From NCBI GenBank assembly GCA_021846515.1, contig JAJZWU010000008.1, positions 20,729 to 84,728 of the forward strand: DNA of 64,000 nt. The letters run 5' to 3'. Below the pieces are notes generated by a model, which was given only the letters and a program-made list of their open reading frames with translations, was not told the DNA's origin and did not search any database. The first letter of the stretch is position 1; each line of letters opens with the position of its first letter. The stretch comes from Actinomycetes bacterium (lineage in GTDB: Bacteria; Actinomycetota; Acidimicrobiia; Acidimicrobiales; JAMCPL01). Shown piece after piece: positions 36,314 to 47,500 of this stretch. The position numbers were made by a program, and so were the translations under genes.

Positions 36314-37942
36314 TCAGGAGTTTTTTATCCTGGGAAACAGAGGGGGTGGTTTGGGCAGATATATCCCTCCAGGATATATACCCCACTCCAGCGCATCGGG
36401 TAGACGCTCGTCTTCTGGGCTGCCGGATAAACCAATACCCCTCCATATTGCCGTAGCTGTATCCGGCATAGCGGGAGCAGCCAGCAGGGCAATGATCCTG
36501 AGCGCCTCTAGCGCTGACCCCATTATCTCATTTACCTCGCTTCCCGGCTCTTTCCGCCAGGGTTCAGTGCTTTCCAGATAACTGTTTACCTCTCTGACAA
36601 GTTGCAATGCCTCACGCAGAGCAATATGGGGAAGATGCTGTCTCCAGGCATTCATACTCTCCGAAGCTGCTTGCATTGCCCGCATTTTCAATTGCTGCAC
36701 TATCTGTTCCGATGTCAATGCGATATTATCTTTCCCCGATATAGTAGAGGAAAGCGATGTACCGGCTTCAGGATGGCCGGGGGAGTGCTCTCCCGATACG
36801 GCAGGTGCCTTGGGGCTCACTGAATCACATTTTGAATTAACCACAGTAACCACCCTGGAAAGGAGATTGCCAAGGTTGTTTGCAAGGTCGGCATTATAAC
36901 GTTCCGTCATCCCTTCGTAAGAGAAGTCTCCATCCGCACCAAGAGGTATCTCCCTGAGAAGGTGGTACCTCACGGCATCTACACCAAAATCATTCGATAG
37001 ATCTCCTGGAGCAATTTGATTCAATTTGGACTTGGACATCTTCTCCCCGGAAACCAGCAACCAACCATGAACCAATATTTGGTGCGGCGGATCAATCCCC
37101 GCAGCCATACACATAGCCGGCCACCATACACAGTGGAATCGTAGTATGTCTTTGCCTATTACGTGATGCACTACCGGCCATAGGCTATCCATCCTCGAGT
37201 CATCCCTGCCATAACCCAGTGCAGTCAGATAGTTTACCAGCGCATCAGACCAGACATAAAAAACATGATCAGGGTCCCACGGAACAGGTACCCCCCAGGT
37301 AAGAGAAGTGCGCGTGATGGAGACCGGCTCCAGGCCGCCTCTTATAAAACCAACCGCTTCGTTACGCTTGGTAACGGGTACCACGGCCTCCGGGTTGCTC
37401 TCATACCAATCAAGCAGCCGATCTTCCAATGCAGGAAGATCGAAAAAATAGTTTTCCTCCTCCATCTCCTCGACAACACGGCCATGCTCACGGCACCTGC
37501 CATTGTCCAACTCGTTCTCCTTCTTGTAGCTCTCACAGCCTACGCAGTAGAGCCCCTTGAAAGTACCTTTAAAAATATAGCCATTCTCCTTTATCCTGGA
37601 AAAAAAGCTCTGCACCGTAGAATAATGCCTGGGCTCAGTAGTTCTAATAAACTCGTTGTTCGATATATTAAGTTCAGCCCATGCATTGCGGAAACGTGCC
37701 GACATTTGATCTGTCCACTCTAGGGTACTGACATCATGCGCACTTGCAGCCTCGGCAACTTTTTTCCCATGCTCGTCGGTTCCCGTAATAAAGTACACTT
37801 CATCACCCATCATCCTATGCAGCCTGGCCAACGAGTCAGCTATGACCATAGTGTAGGCGTGCCCTATGTGTGGGGCGTCATTTACATAATAAATCGGTGT
37901 AGTTATATAAAAAGATTCCACTGTAGTACAGTACAATACCAC
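36314..37942 (-). CDS. metG: methionyl-tRNA synthetase
   Basis: It has YITTPIYYVNDAPHIGHAY (HIGH), a zinc knuckle CVGCESY...GRCREHG, and KMSKS. There is no C-terminal EMAP/tRNA-binding domain. Confidence 0.95.
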   Translation of the reverse strand: MVLYCTTVESFYITTPIYYVNDAPHIGHAYTMVIADSLARLHRMMGDEVYFITGTDEHGKKVAEAASAHDVSTLEWTDQMSARFRNAWAELNISNNEFIRTTEPRHYSTVQSFFSRIKENGYIFKGTFKGLYCVGCESYKKENELDNGRCREHGRVVEEMEEENYFFDLPALEDRLLDWYESNPEAVVPVTKRNEAVGFIRGGLEPVSITRTSLTWGVPVPWDPDHVFYVWSDALVNYLTALGYGRDDSRMDSLWPVVHHVIGKDILRFHCVWWPAMCMAAGIDPPHQILVHGWLLVSGEKMSKSKLNQIAPGDLSNDFGVDAVRYHLLREIPLGADGDFSYEGMTERYNADLANNLGNLLSRVVTVVNSKCDSVSPKAPAVSGEHSPGHPEAGTSLSSTISGKDNIALTSEQIVQQLKMRAMQAASESMNAWRQHLPHIALREALQLVREVNSYLESTEPWRKEPGSEVNEIMGSALEALRIIALLAAPAMPDTATAIWRGIGLSGSPEDERLPDALEWGIYPGGIYLPKPPPLFPRIKNS

Positions 37943-38025
37943 ATGAATCAGGTGTATGAACCGGTGGTGGTGGCATCCCCGCCGTAACGTCAGGCTATGG
38001 CACTACGGTTCCGGCGCTATCCTGA

Positions 38026-38889
38026 TCACATTTTCTTGCGTAAATCAAGCGCCAAAGCATAAGCCTGCCGCTTCGTAATGCCCATTTGCGCGGATACCTC
38101 GGCTGCCGCTACGTTTACGCTTACGCCATCTTGCAATAGCTGACTTAATGCCTCGACCAGCATACTTTCCTCGACCGGCTCATCATTAGCGGGGTTGCCG
38201 GCAAGTACTATGACTACCTCACCACGCAAATTATCCTCATCTTCCATCCACCTGCATGCATCACTTAGATTCCCGCGCCAAACCTCCTCATGCACCTTGG
38301 TGAGTTCACGCACTATAGCCACCTGTCTATTCCCACTACATACTCTTTCCAGGTCACCCAATGTGGAACCTACCCTTCTGGGAGATTCAAAGATTACTAC
38401 AGTACATGGACTTGCTGCCATAGCATCCAGACGGCGCGCACGATCGGAGCCATGTCTGGGTAGGAAGCCCTCAAAACAATATCTACCGGCATCAATACCG
38501 CTGACAGCCAGTGCGCTTGTAACAGCATCCGGACCCGGAACTACCGATACTCGCACACCACTGGAATATGCAGCTTTGACCAGGTATCCTCCCGGATCAG
38601 ATATTAGTGGCATACCGGCATCCGACACCACGGCAACCAGATCTCCCTCTAGGGCATAGCGGATTAAAGTACCTGCAACATCACGTTCGTTATGCCTCTC
38701 CATAGTCATAAGTTTCTTGCCCGTAATGCCTGCACTTGACAGTAGCTTGCGTGTCCTCCTAGTATCCTCACAACATATAATGTCGGCGGCTTCCAGAGTA
38801 TCCAGCGCTCTTTTGGATATATCTCCCAGATTTCCTATAGGGGTACCGACCAGCACAATTACTCCGCCGGAAGATTCAGCTGCTCTCAC
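38026..38889 (-). CDS. rsmI: 16S rRNA (cytidine1402-2'-O)-methyltransferase RsmI
   Basis: It has VLVGTPIGNLGDISKRALDTLEAADIICCEDTRRTRKLL (tetrapyrrole methylase fold). The ORF opens at 39015. GTG 38889 gives a typical 287-aa protein, and ATG 38958 is an alternative start. Confidence 0.8.
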   Translation of the reverse strand: MRAAESSGGVIVLVGTPIGNLGDISKRALDTLEAADIICCEDTRRTRKLLSSAGITGKKLMTMERHNERDVAGTLIRYALEGDLVAVVSDAGMPLISDPGGYLVKAAYSSGVRVSVVPGPDAVTSALAVSGIDAGRYCFEGFLPRHGSDRARRLDAMAASPCTVVIFESPRRVGSTLGDLERVCSGNRQVAIVRELTKVHEEVWRGNLSDACRWMEDEDNLRGEVVIVLAGNPANDEPVEESMLVEALSQLLQDGVSVNVAAAEVSAQMGITKRQAYALALDLRKKM

Positions 38890-39253
38890 GTACCTCCAAG
38901 GAGTCACCGCGACCAAGTTGCCAGCGCTCAAAAGCTCCGGCTTCGGCTTCCAGCACATAACGTCCTTTCCTGCGGGGAAGGCCAATTCTCCATGGACGCA
39001 TACTTGTAATGTCAACTACTACCATGTCACGATCGAGAAAAGCTACATCGATTGCCATTTGCATTCCAAGGGTATGAACTGCCCTCGTATGTGGAAGCAA
39101 CATCGCCCCGCTATAGGATTTCTTCCCCAGTAATCCAACAGATCGCTTCACAAGGGTACCTGCCATTTCAAGGGAGCATACGACACTGCCATTTCTAAGT
39201 AGCCAGTAATTTTTTGCTTTAGGGTTGGCAGCCATCTGAATATCTCCACTCAA
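38876..39253 (-). CDS. DUF192 domain protein
   Basis: 125 aa with HTLGMQMAIDVAFLDRDMVVVDI ... YVLEAEAGAFERWQL, typical of DUF192. The TTG start overlaps the ychF stop (TTGA). An alternative ATG lies at 39235. Confidence 0.65.
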   Translation of the reverse strand: MSGDIQMAANPKAKNYWLLRNGSVVCSLEMAGTLVKRSVGLLGKKSYSGAMLLPHTRAVHTLGMQMAIDVAFLDRDMVVVDITSMRPWRIGLPRRKGRYVLEAEAGAFERWQLGRGDSLEVRESS

Positions 39254-40407
39254 ACATTGAACCTGATCTCCAAGACGTCACCATCCTGGACCAAATAATC
39301 TTTACCCTCCAGCCTTATAAGACCGTTGTGACGGGCATTCGACCATGAACCTGCGTCCAGCAACGCTTTCCAGTTTATAACCTCTGCCCTAATAAACCCC
39401 CTCTGTAAATCAGAGTGTATAACCCCTGCACATTCAGGGGCAGTCGAACCGGCTCTAAACGACCATGCACGAGATTCTTTATCTCCCGTAGTAAGAAATG
39501 TCCACCTGTCTAACATTGCATAAGCCTGATGCGCCACCATAGACAAAGCACCCTCGCCCAAGCCAAGCCCTTCAAGCATCTCCGCTCTCTCGCCGGGTGG
39601 CAGCTGAGCAGCCTCCATCTCCAGCTGTACGCAGACCGCCACCACATTGCCGCTGCCACCCAAGTATGCCTGCACCTTGTTAACTATCTCCGATGAGTTC
39701 CCCATATCATCTTCACCTATGTTGATCACACAAAACATTGGCTTATCTGTAAGGAGGAACATCCCCTTTCTCGCTTCACGCGCCCTCAGGGCTCCCGTGG
39801 CTGCGCTTGGAGGAGACTGCCCTCCATGTCCTTCCCCGGCACCCTCCTCCAGGGGGCTGTGGTTGGGCATGCTACGATACATCGGCACCCCAGAAGAGAG
39901 CAGCTCATAAGCTTCTTCCATGGCTGCAATTTCTTCCTCGGTAGCGTTATCGGGTTTCTTGGATTTAAGAGACTTACGGCGCCTTTCCAGCTGTACTTCG
40001 AGTGAGGCAAGATCCGCCATGGCCAATTCAATCTCCAGTATCGACAATGCTTCTACCGGATCTGATTCACCCGGTATCTCGGGATCATCAAACGCTCTAA
40101 GTACCATACAAAGAGCATCCACCTCTCTAATCCCGGCAAGAAAGCGGTTACCCAATCCACTCCCTTCGGATGATCCTTTGACCAAACCTGCTATATCCAC
40201 CAACTCCACACCGGTATATACAGTCTTTTTGCTGCTGCTCATAGATGCCAGTGCATTGAGTCTGCTGTCAGGCACATGAGCTATTCCCACTGACGACTCG
40301 GTAGTAGTAAAGGGGTGTTTACCCGTCAACGCATCCGATCCGGTAGCAGCGTTGAATAATGACGTCTTTCCTGAATTGGGTAGGCCAACTAAGCCAATAT
40401 GCTCCAT
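39250..40407 (-). CDS. ychF: redox-regulated ribosome-binding ATPase YchF
   Basis: It has GLVGLPNSGKTSLFNAAT (P-loop), DIAGLVKGSSEGSGLGN and the C-terminal TGS-like block FIRAEVI ... GKDYLVQDGDVLEIRFNV. An insertion of about 25 aa lies in the helical domain. Confidence 0.9.
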   Translation of the reverse strand: MEHIGLVGLPNSGKTSLFNAATGSDALTGKHPFTTTESSVGIAHVPDSRLNALASMSSSKKTVYTGVELVDIAGLVKGSSEGSGLGNRFLAGIREVDALCMVLRAFDDPEIPGESDPVEALSILEIELAMADLASLEVQLERRRKSLKSKKPDNATEEEIAAMEEAYELLSSGVPMYRSMPNHSPLEEGAGEGHGGQSPPSAATGALRAREARKGMFLLTDKPMFCVINIGEDDMGNSSEIVNKVQAYLGGSGNVVAVCVQLEMEAAQLPPGERAEMLEGLGLGEGALSMVAHQAYAMLDRWTFLTTGDKESRAWSFRAGSTAPECAGVIHSDLQRGFIRAEVINWKALLDAGSWSNARHNGLIRLEGKDYLVQDGDVLEIRFNV

Positions 40408-40591
40408 ATATACAAAGATATACCGTATTGCAGAGGTGGATGTACACTATAGAGGTATTATTTCGTCACATCCTCCCCGCCCTTACGGACGGGAATTGCG
40501 CTCCCATTTGTTCAAGCAGCAGGGGTCGTCATGGGTCATTTTGGAGACATCCACGGCGTGAGTGCCTGTTCAAGAAGCAAAAACCCAGCTG

Positions 40592-41398
40592 TTACTGTGA
40601 TATACGCCAGTCCATCTGCTCCCTGATCGTCCGCAATACATCCGAAGCCAGATCCACAATCATACGAGCCTGTTCGAGACTCCAATCCGGAAGTTCGCCC
40701 GGATACCTGATATCGTCTGTAAGCGGCGGGCGGATCGTATCGAGCATGGAGAGGTCGAGCCTCTCCTGCAATTCCCCCGGCAACCCGGCACGTAGCACGC
40801 CGAGATTATGTGTGCGGGGCGGAGATACGCCGATGTGCACAAGGAGCGCTTTCATGGCCTTTTCGACGGCCTGTTGAGCCATGTATACAGATTGGCGTCC
40901 ATACCCCTCTCTAATGCCGACATAGGCATAGCTCAGATCACTTTCAGCAACCTCGAGCCACTCACTCACCTTCCTGTTGCGTTCATCGTCTATCTCTTTC
41001 ACCGTGACATCCTTTCCGAACTGCTCTATGCTCCCTATGGCGTCTCTCCTGTATACCTCTTTTCCCTCCAATCCAACGACATAGGGAAAGCTTCCTGCCA
41101 CATGGCAACCGATTGCAAATGTATGTGCACCTACTGTCCAGATATGGAGATCCGGGCAGCCCTTGACGACGAGTTCGTGTGGTGAGGGCAACCTCTTTGG
41201 TCTCCCGTCATAGCTGTCATCTACGACCATGAGATCTATATCTGAGTCTTCGTCCCAGTCGCCTCTTGCCACGGAACCATAGAGAAAAACGTAGAGTGGA
41301 TCATAGGTGTCTACAATGTAGCGTACGATATCACCCACCCATTCAAGATGAGTTCTTCTGCGTCTATCGGCAGGAATGGACATGCTGGGTAGCACCAT
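40592..41398 (-). CDS. fused nucleotidyltransferase (MNT/Pol-beta-type) - HEPN domain protein
   Basis: The N-terminal half has LYGSVARGDWDEDSDIDLMVV (the GS-x(n)-DxD minimal nucleotidyltransferase motif). The C-terminal half is a helical HEPN-like domain with AQQAVEKAMKALLVHIGVSPPRTHNLGVL. Confidence 0.75.
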   Translation of the reverse strand: MVLPSMSIPADRRRRTHLEWVGDIVRYIVDTYDPLYVFLYGSVARGDWDEDSDIDLMVVDDSYDGRPKRLPSPHELVVKGCPDLHIWTVGAHTFAIGCHVAGSFPYVVGLEGKEVYRRDAIGSIEQFGKDVTVKEIDDERNRKVSEWLEVAESDLSYAYVGIREGYGRQSVYMAQQAVEKAMKALLVHIGVSPPRTHNLGVLRAGLPGELQERLDLSMLDTIRPPLTDDIRYPGELPDWSLEQARMIVDLASDVLRTIREQMDWRISQ

Positions 41399-41552
41399 AA
41401 CTCAATATTAGCTGCTTTAGCGGCGTTGTGAGGTACGTCAGCGGATGAGTTCTGCGGGAACGATGGTAACGGGGAAGGGAGTAGTTGCCTGGAAGCTCTC
41501 GTCTCCGCTTGGTTCACTCGGGTTGCTGTTGGCTATGAAGTGACACGTCGTC

Positions 41553-44500
41553 TCAGGTGGTCATAGGTCCGAACCAACCGAATATATCAAACAGTGCATT
41601 AACCGTTGCACTGGCTTCAATGTTTAGCTGACCGGAGAAGTTTAGCTCGGAGATGACCATATTTGCAACAGCAGTACCCGTTGCGAAGTTCACATCTGAT
41701 GTAGTGGCTGCAGTACTTCCTGAATAGATGGTTAGATAACCACCTCCACTGCTACCGGTTGCAGTTAGGTTGCCAACAACTGCAGTTGCATCAGATGGGA
41801 TATTGGCCTCTCCTGCAACCTGTATGGTAATGGACTTTCCTGCTTGGATTGCACTGAGGGTAGCATTTGATGATGGTAGGTTCTCAGATGCACAGTAGCT
41901 TGGCTGTGGTAACTCGCTGCATCTGGTGTCTAATATCCTGGCTGGGGTCACAGGGTTGAACAATGAGCCTGTTTGAGATGAGCTTGCGCCATCTGTATAG
42001 TAGCCGGTTACATCTACAGTAAAGTTTGTGTTGCCGGAGTTGTTGTAGATGCTTATCTCACCGTTGGCGCCGACCTTTACTATTACTCTGTTCGGTACTG
42101 TTTGAGCTTCGTTGAAATTGACTGTGGAGACAAGAGCCTTGGTTGTGCCTGTTGGATAAGCAGTTAGGTAGCCGCTCTTAGTGTGTCCAATTGCAGTAAG
42201 GTTCAAAACTACAGCCGATACTCCACTTGTTGGAATACCACCCACACCTATTACTGTAACGTTCTCTGTCTGTCCGGCTCCAATGGTTGAAAGTGGCGAG
42301 TTGGCAGATGGAAGAGATGCACAGTAGGAACTTGTTATGTTTGGCGGCAGGGGAGATTCTGAGCACCTTGTGTCTGCTATACGTGTTGGTGCTGCTGGGT
42401 TGTAGAGACCTGCCGGTGTACTTCCTGGTGGAGCATAGTAACCCTCAATGTCAACTACGAAGTACACAGTTCCTTCTTTTCCACCATTTTCTATAGTGAT
42501 CTCTCCATTTGTTGTATTTACAGGTACTGTTACCAGGTTTGTAACCATAGCTGATGTAGCTGTCCAGTTCAGGCTGGATACAACCGGTGAAGTAGAGCCT
42601 TCCGGATAGATGCTCAGGTATCCATTTGCGGTCATGTTTACAGCTGTTACATTTATAACTACGGCTGTTGCAGTGATCGGAATGCTGTCCACACCTGTTA
42701 CAGTAATGTTCTCAGTACCTCCAGCGGCGATGCTGGTTAGATTGGCGTTTGCACTTGGCAGGTTCTCAGCTGCACAGTAGCTGGGTGCAGGAGATTCAGA
42801 ACATCTGGTATCTGCAAGCCTTGCAGGGTTGATGGCAGTATAGGCATCACCTGTAATGGTAGCCACAGGCTTTACGTAGGTGAACTGGTCGGCTGAACTT
42901 ATGGTGCTCGTGCCACCTGGGGTAGTGACGGTTATATTGACAGTGCTGGCGGACTCTGCTGGAGAAGTTGCCATGATAGAAGTTGCAGAGTTCACTGTCA
43001 CCGCTGTGGCTGGAACGCTACCAAACTTGACTGTTGCACCAGATACGAAGCCTGTACCTGTAATAGTCACAGAAGTACCTCCATTGGTAGACCCAGAAGT
43101 GGGAGTGATAGAGGTGACCGTAGGTGGCTGGGGTGTAGGTGTGGAAGATGTATAGGTGAACTGATCGGCTGATGTCACAGGTGAAGTACCACCTGGGGTA
43201 GTGACGGTTATATTGACAGTGCTGGCGGACTCTGCTGGGGAGACTGCCTGTATCTCTGCCGGGGATACTACATTGAAAGAGGTAGCTGCCACGCTTCCAA
43301 AGTATACATAGGCAACGCCTGAGAGATTGTCTCCGGTTATGGTTACGGTGGTACCTCCATTGGTAGATCCTGTAGATGGAGATATAGAGGTTATAGATGG
43401 TGCCGGAGGAGGAGGCGGGGGTGGATTGGTTACGTCCGTCAAGGTCACGTCATGGCCAGAGGAGCCTCCGGTGTAACTGATCTGGAACTTGCGGCCAGCA
43501 ACTGAAAAGGTTTCTCCCTGGGTAAGCGATGAGCCACCGTAGGAGAGTTCACCAGAGAATGCGCTAGACGAAGTATCTTTCAATATAGTGTAGGTGGTGC
43601 CATAAGCAGCAGAAGCTGCAGAGGTAATGTCAAGATTTGCTCCTGATATGTTGCCTCCATTTGCCACCAACTCGCTGTAGGTACTTGGCGATGTACTGGA
43701 GAGATCTAATTCCAGGGTGGAGCCCGAGATGGAGAGGTTCACCACTCCGCTCGAGGTAAGCACCCCAGGTGCATCGCCCGGATAGATTGTACAGGGACTT
43801 GAAGTGCTACACCCACTCGTGGTTATGCCGGGAACGGTTCCTGTTCCCTCAAGGGTGGCACCACCTTCGACTGTGAGGCCACTGCTTGAGCCAATAGAGC
43901 CCGTTACATCGAGGGTGCCCTCGGCAACGGTGGCGGCACCGGTGTAGGAGTGGGTGTTGTCACCTGAGACTACCACATTGCCACTGGTCGTAAGGTTGTA
44001 GCTGCCAGATATGGTACCGGTTATAGCCAAGATGGCCGAGGTCACCGCAGAAACTGATGTGTTGTCCGTCAAAGTTACTGTGCCGCTTACTGTATCAGCC
44101 CCGCCGGGTACACTAGGGGTGAAGGATGATGAACCATCACAGAGAATACCCGAGCAGATGGAGCTAGTACCGGCTAGGTGGAAGGCGTTTGGCATGGTGA
44201 TGGAGCCCTCCAGGATGATCGGAGCGCTGCCAGTGTCAGTGACCAGGCCCGTCCCCAGAGCGCCCGACGCCTCGACGACTAGGGTGCCGGAGCTCGCGAC
44301 CGTGGTCCCGCCCGAGTAGCTGTTCGACGAGTTACTCAACCACGTCGTAAAAGGCCCGTCAGTGGTAATGCTCCCGGTACCAGTGACCTGGCCAGCAAGA
44401 TAGAGGTTGGTATAGTATTGAGGATCAATTGTTACTATTCCATCCAAGGTAACGGTGCCATCAAGTGTAAAGCTCGTTGCAGGAGACGAGAGCGAAGGCG

Positions 44501-47500
44501 TGGCAAGCGTCGAGCCGCCTTCAAAAGTAATATCGTTCGATATGCTTACGGGGGTATTCATAACACCGACTTGGAGCGTTGCGCCGGAGTCAATCGTCAC
44601 GAGTCCGCCTGATCCGGCTGTGGATGGGTTGCCGCCCAACGCGTAACCGTTGGCCACGGCGAGGGTGCCGGAGCTGACGGTGGTTGATCCGGTGTAGCTG
44701 TTCGTACCAGAAAGGGTGACCTCATTGGATGAGCCAGGACTGGAGAGAAGCGCGCCGGAGCCGGAGATGCTATTGGGTACGGCCATGCCTGTAGCAAACT
44801 CCAGAGTGGCGCCCGATCCTGTACTGATTTGCCCAGAGGGAAGACTTGATGCACAAGATAGCGTAAGATTCCCTGCATCTACGGCAGTCTGGCCAGCATT
44901 GGGTGTTGTCAATGGGGCGCTCAGGGTAGTTGTACCAGAGGATTGGTCAAGAATGGCTATTGTAGAAGTAGCGGCAGTTAGTGCGACAGTAGTACTGCCA
45001 GCTAGGTCATAGCTACCACCCTCAAAGGCAATAGAGGAAAAGGTTATATCACCACTGGTAGAGCTAGATGCACACGAAGAGCTACTGGTAGAACTGGTAG
45101 ATACTGTTGTATTGGTTCCACTGGATAAAGATGGAAAGACGAGTTGCGAGCCGCTGGGTGGACCTCCGCTATTTCCTACACCCCCACAATCAGATGGTAA
45201 AGAGACCGGGGAGACGGTCATCCAGTTTGAAGGTGAACTGAGCACTTCATTAGAGGTTCCACCTCCACCATTCCAGCGGCAGACCGCACTTACAGTTGTG
45301 CCCGTACTCCCAGACGAGGGAGATTCCAGGAGAGGAGTAGCCGCAGGAGAAGAGACAAGTCCTCCCGAGATGACTGCAGACACCGAGAAGCGATATACAT
45401 GTCCCGGCGTGAGAGAAGAGACCGTAGAAGGAGTAGAGGTGGTAGTGGTGATCGGCATCGTTGTTATTCCGGCAGTCTCATCGGTGACGGTGACGTCGTA
45501 GGTTGGCGACGAGGGAAGCCCTGTTGGTGCACTCCAGCTTATGGCGGCAGATGCTCCCGAAGAAGAAAAACTTGCCGAAACGTTGCTTGGGCTGGGTGGC
45601 GGCACAAAGGAGAGCGCATTGCCACTACCGTCCACCGCCATGCAGAAGGTGGTGGGACAGGAGACGGAAGTGAGGGTGTTGCTGTCGCCAGTGGGGGTGG
45701 CCTTCGACCAGGCTGAGCCATCCCAGGAGAGCGCATTGCCGCTGTAGTCCACCGCCATACAGAAGGTGGTGGTGGAACACGAGACCGAGTAAATGGGGAT
45801 GCCGGAGCCAGAGGCAGTGTCAATGCCGAGGTAGGTCTTCCACGAGGACAACGAGCCGCCGGTCCAGGAGAGCGCATTGCCGGCATCATCCACAGCCATG
45901 CAGAACGTGGTGGTGGGACAGGAGACGGAGTAAAGGGAGTTGCTGTCGCCAGTGGAGGTGGAGCCAGACCAACCAGTAGAGCTGTTCCAAGAGAACGCAT
46001 GTCCACTGCCGTCCACGGCCATACAGAATGTGGTGGTGGGGCAGGAGACAGATTCGAGGTAGTTGGTGCCGATGTTGCCTAAGGACGCCCAGTGGCTACC
46101 ACTCCCACCACTCCCAGCATTCCAGTCAAGCGCATTGCCATTGCTGTCCACCGCCATACAGAATGATTTGGTGGGGCAGGAGACAGAAGTGAGGGGGATG
46201 GGGGTGCCAGAGGTATTAGTGTCGATACTAGACCAGGTCGTCCATGTGGATCCACCCCAGGAGAGCGCGTTGCCATAGCCGTCCACGGCCATGCAGAAGG
46301 TGGTGGAGGGGCAGGAGACAGAAGTGAGGTTGATGCCGGAGCCAGAGGGGGCAGTGTCGATACGAGTAGCACTCGTCCATGTGGATCCATCCCAGGAGAG
46401 CGCATTGCCGCTGTAGTCCACCGCCATGCAGAAGGTGGTGGAGGGGCAGGAGACCGAGTCGAGGGGGATGCTGTTGCCAGAGGTATTAGTGTCGATGATG
46501 GCCTTCGACCAGGTGGAGCCGGTCCAGGAGAGCGCATTTCCACTGATGTCCACCGCCATGCAGAACGAGGCAGTGGGACAGGAGACGGAGTTGAGGTGGT
46601 TAGTGCCGTCGATGGAGGTGGCGCTCGACCAAGAAAAGCCGTCCCAGGAGAGCGCGTTGCCATTGCCGTCCACGGCCATGCAGAACGTGGTGGTGGGACA
46701 GGAGACGGAAGTGAGGCCGTAAAGATCGACGCCGGAGTAGGTCGTCCATGTCGATCCGTTCCAGGAGAGCGCATTGTCGGCGTTGTCCACCGCCATGCAG
46801 AAGGTGGTGGTGGGACAGGAGACGGAGTTGAGGGTGTTGCTGTCGCCAGTGGGGGTGGCCTTCGACCAGGTGGAGCCCGTCCAGGAGAGCGCGTTGCCAC
46901 TACCGTCCACCGCCATGCAGAAGGTGGTGGTGGGACACGAGACGGAAGTGAGGGGGATGGGGTTGCCAGAGGTATTAGTGTCGATGATGGCCTTCGACCA
47001 GGCTGAGCCCGTCCAAGAGAGCGCGTCGCCGAAGTTGTCCACCGCCATGCAGAATGTGATGGTGGGACACGAGACGGATTCAAGCACGTTGGTGCCGTCG
47101 ATGGTGGAGCCCGTCCAGGTGGAGCCCGTCCAGGAATACGCGTTGCCATAGCCGTCCACGGCCATGCAGAACGTGGTGGTGGGACAGGAGACGGATGTGA
47201 GGCCGTAAGGACCAATGCCGGGGTAGGTCTTCCACGTAGAGCCGTTCCAGGAGAGCGCATTGTCGGCGTTGTCCACCGCCATGCAGAAGGTGGTGGTGGG
47301 ACAAGAGACGGAGCTGAGGTGGTTAGTGCCATCGATGTTTACCGGAGCAGAAAATATCCCCGGCACCGGCGGTGAGGCAGCAAAGGCCGGAAGCACCGGG
47401 GAAGTGATGAGCGAAAGAGCTGTTATCAGTGGAACAAGCGCAGATACGATTCCAAGCGTGCAAAGCATTCTAAGAAAGGTAAATCTCCTACCGCCTGTCT

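Noticed and set aside
40408-40591. Imperfect hairpin CCCGCCC-TTAC-GGACGGG downstream of the NT-HEPN gene as a possible terminator, and a search for tRNA or small RNA genes in this and other gaps of 150-350 nt (41399-41552, 47682-48031, 48389-48577).
   Set aside because: The hairpin has a mismatch and no following U-tract on the transcribed strand. I saw no tRNA-like T-arm or anticodon-arm patterns and no known riboswitch cores in these gaps.
45606-47318. Regularly spaced near-identical repeats that could superficially suggest a CRISPR-like array.
   Set aside because: The units are 117-141 bp and contiguous, without unique spacers, and they are in frame within a protein-coding gene. No cas genes are present in the window.
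46079-47332. 417-aa ORF on the same strand as the giant gene but in another frame. Related long ORFs occur at 45539-46006 (-), 46596-47006 (+), 46774-47151 (+) and 47260-47784 (+).
   Set aside because: All lie inside the 14-unit tandem repeat. Their products are monotonous Pro/Arg/Ser/Trp or Val/Gly repeats that simply mirror the periodicity of the real frame. The frame with the signal peptide and recognisable domains is the 2042-aa one.
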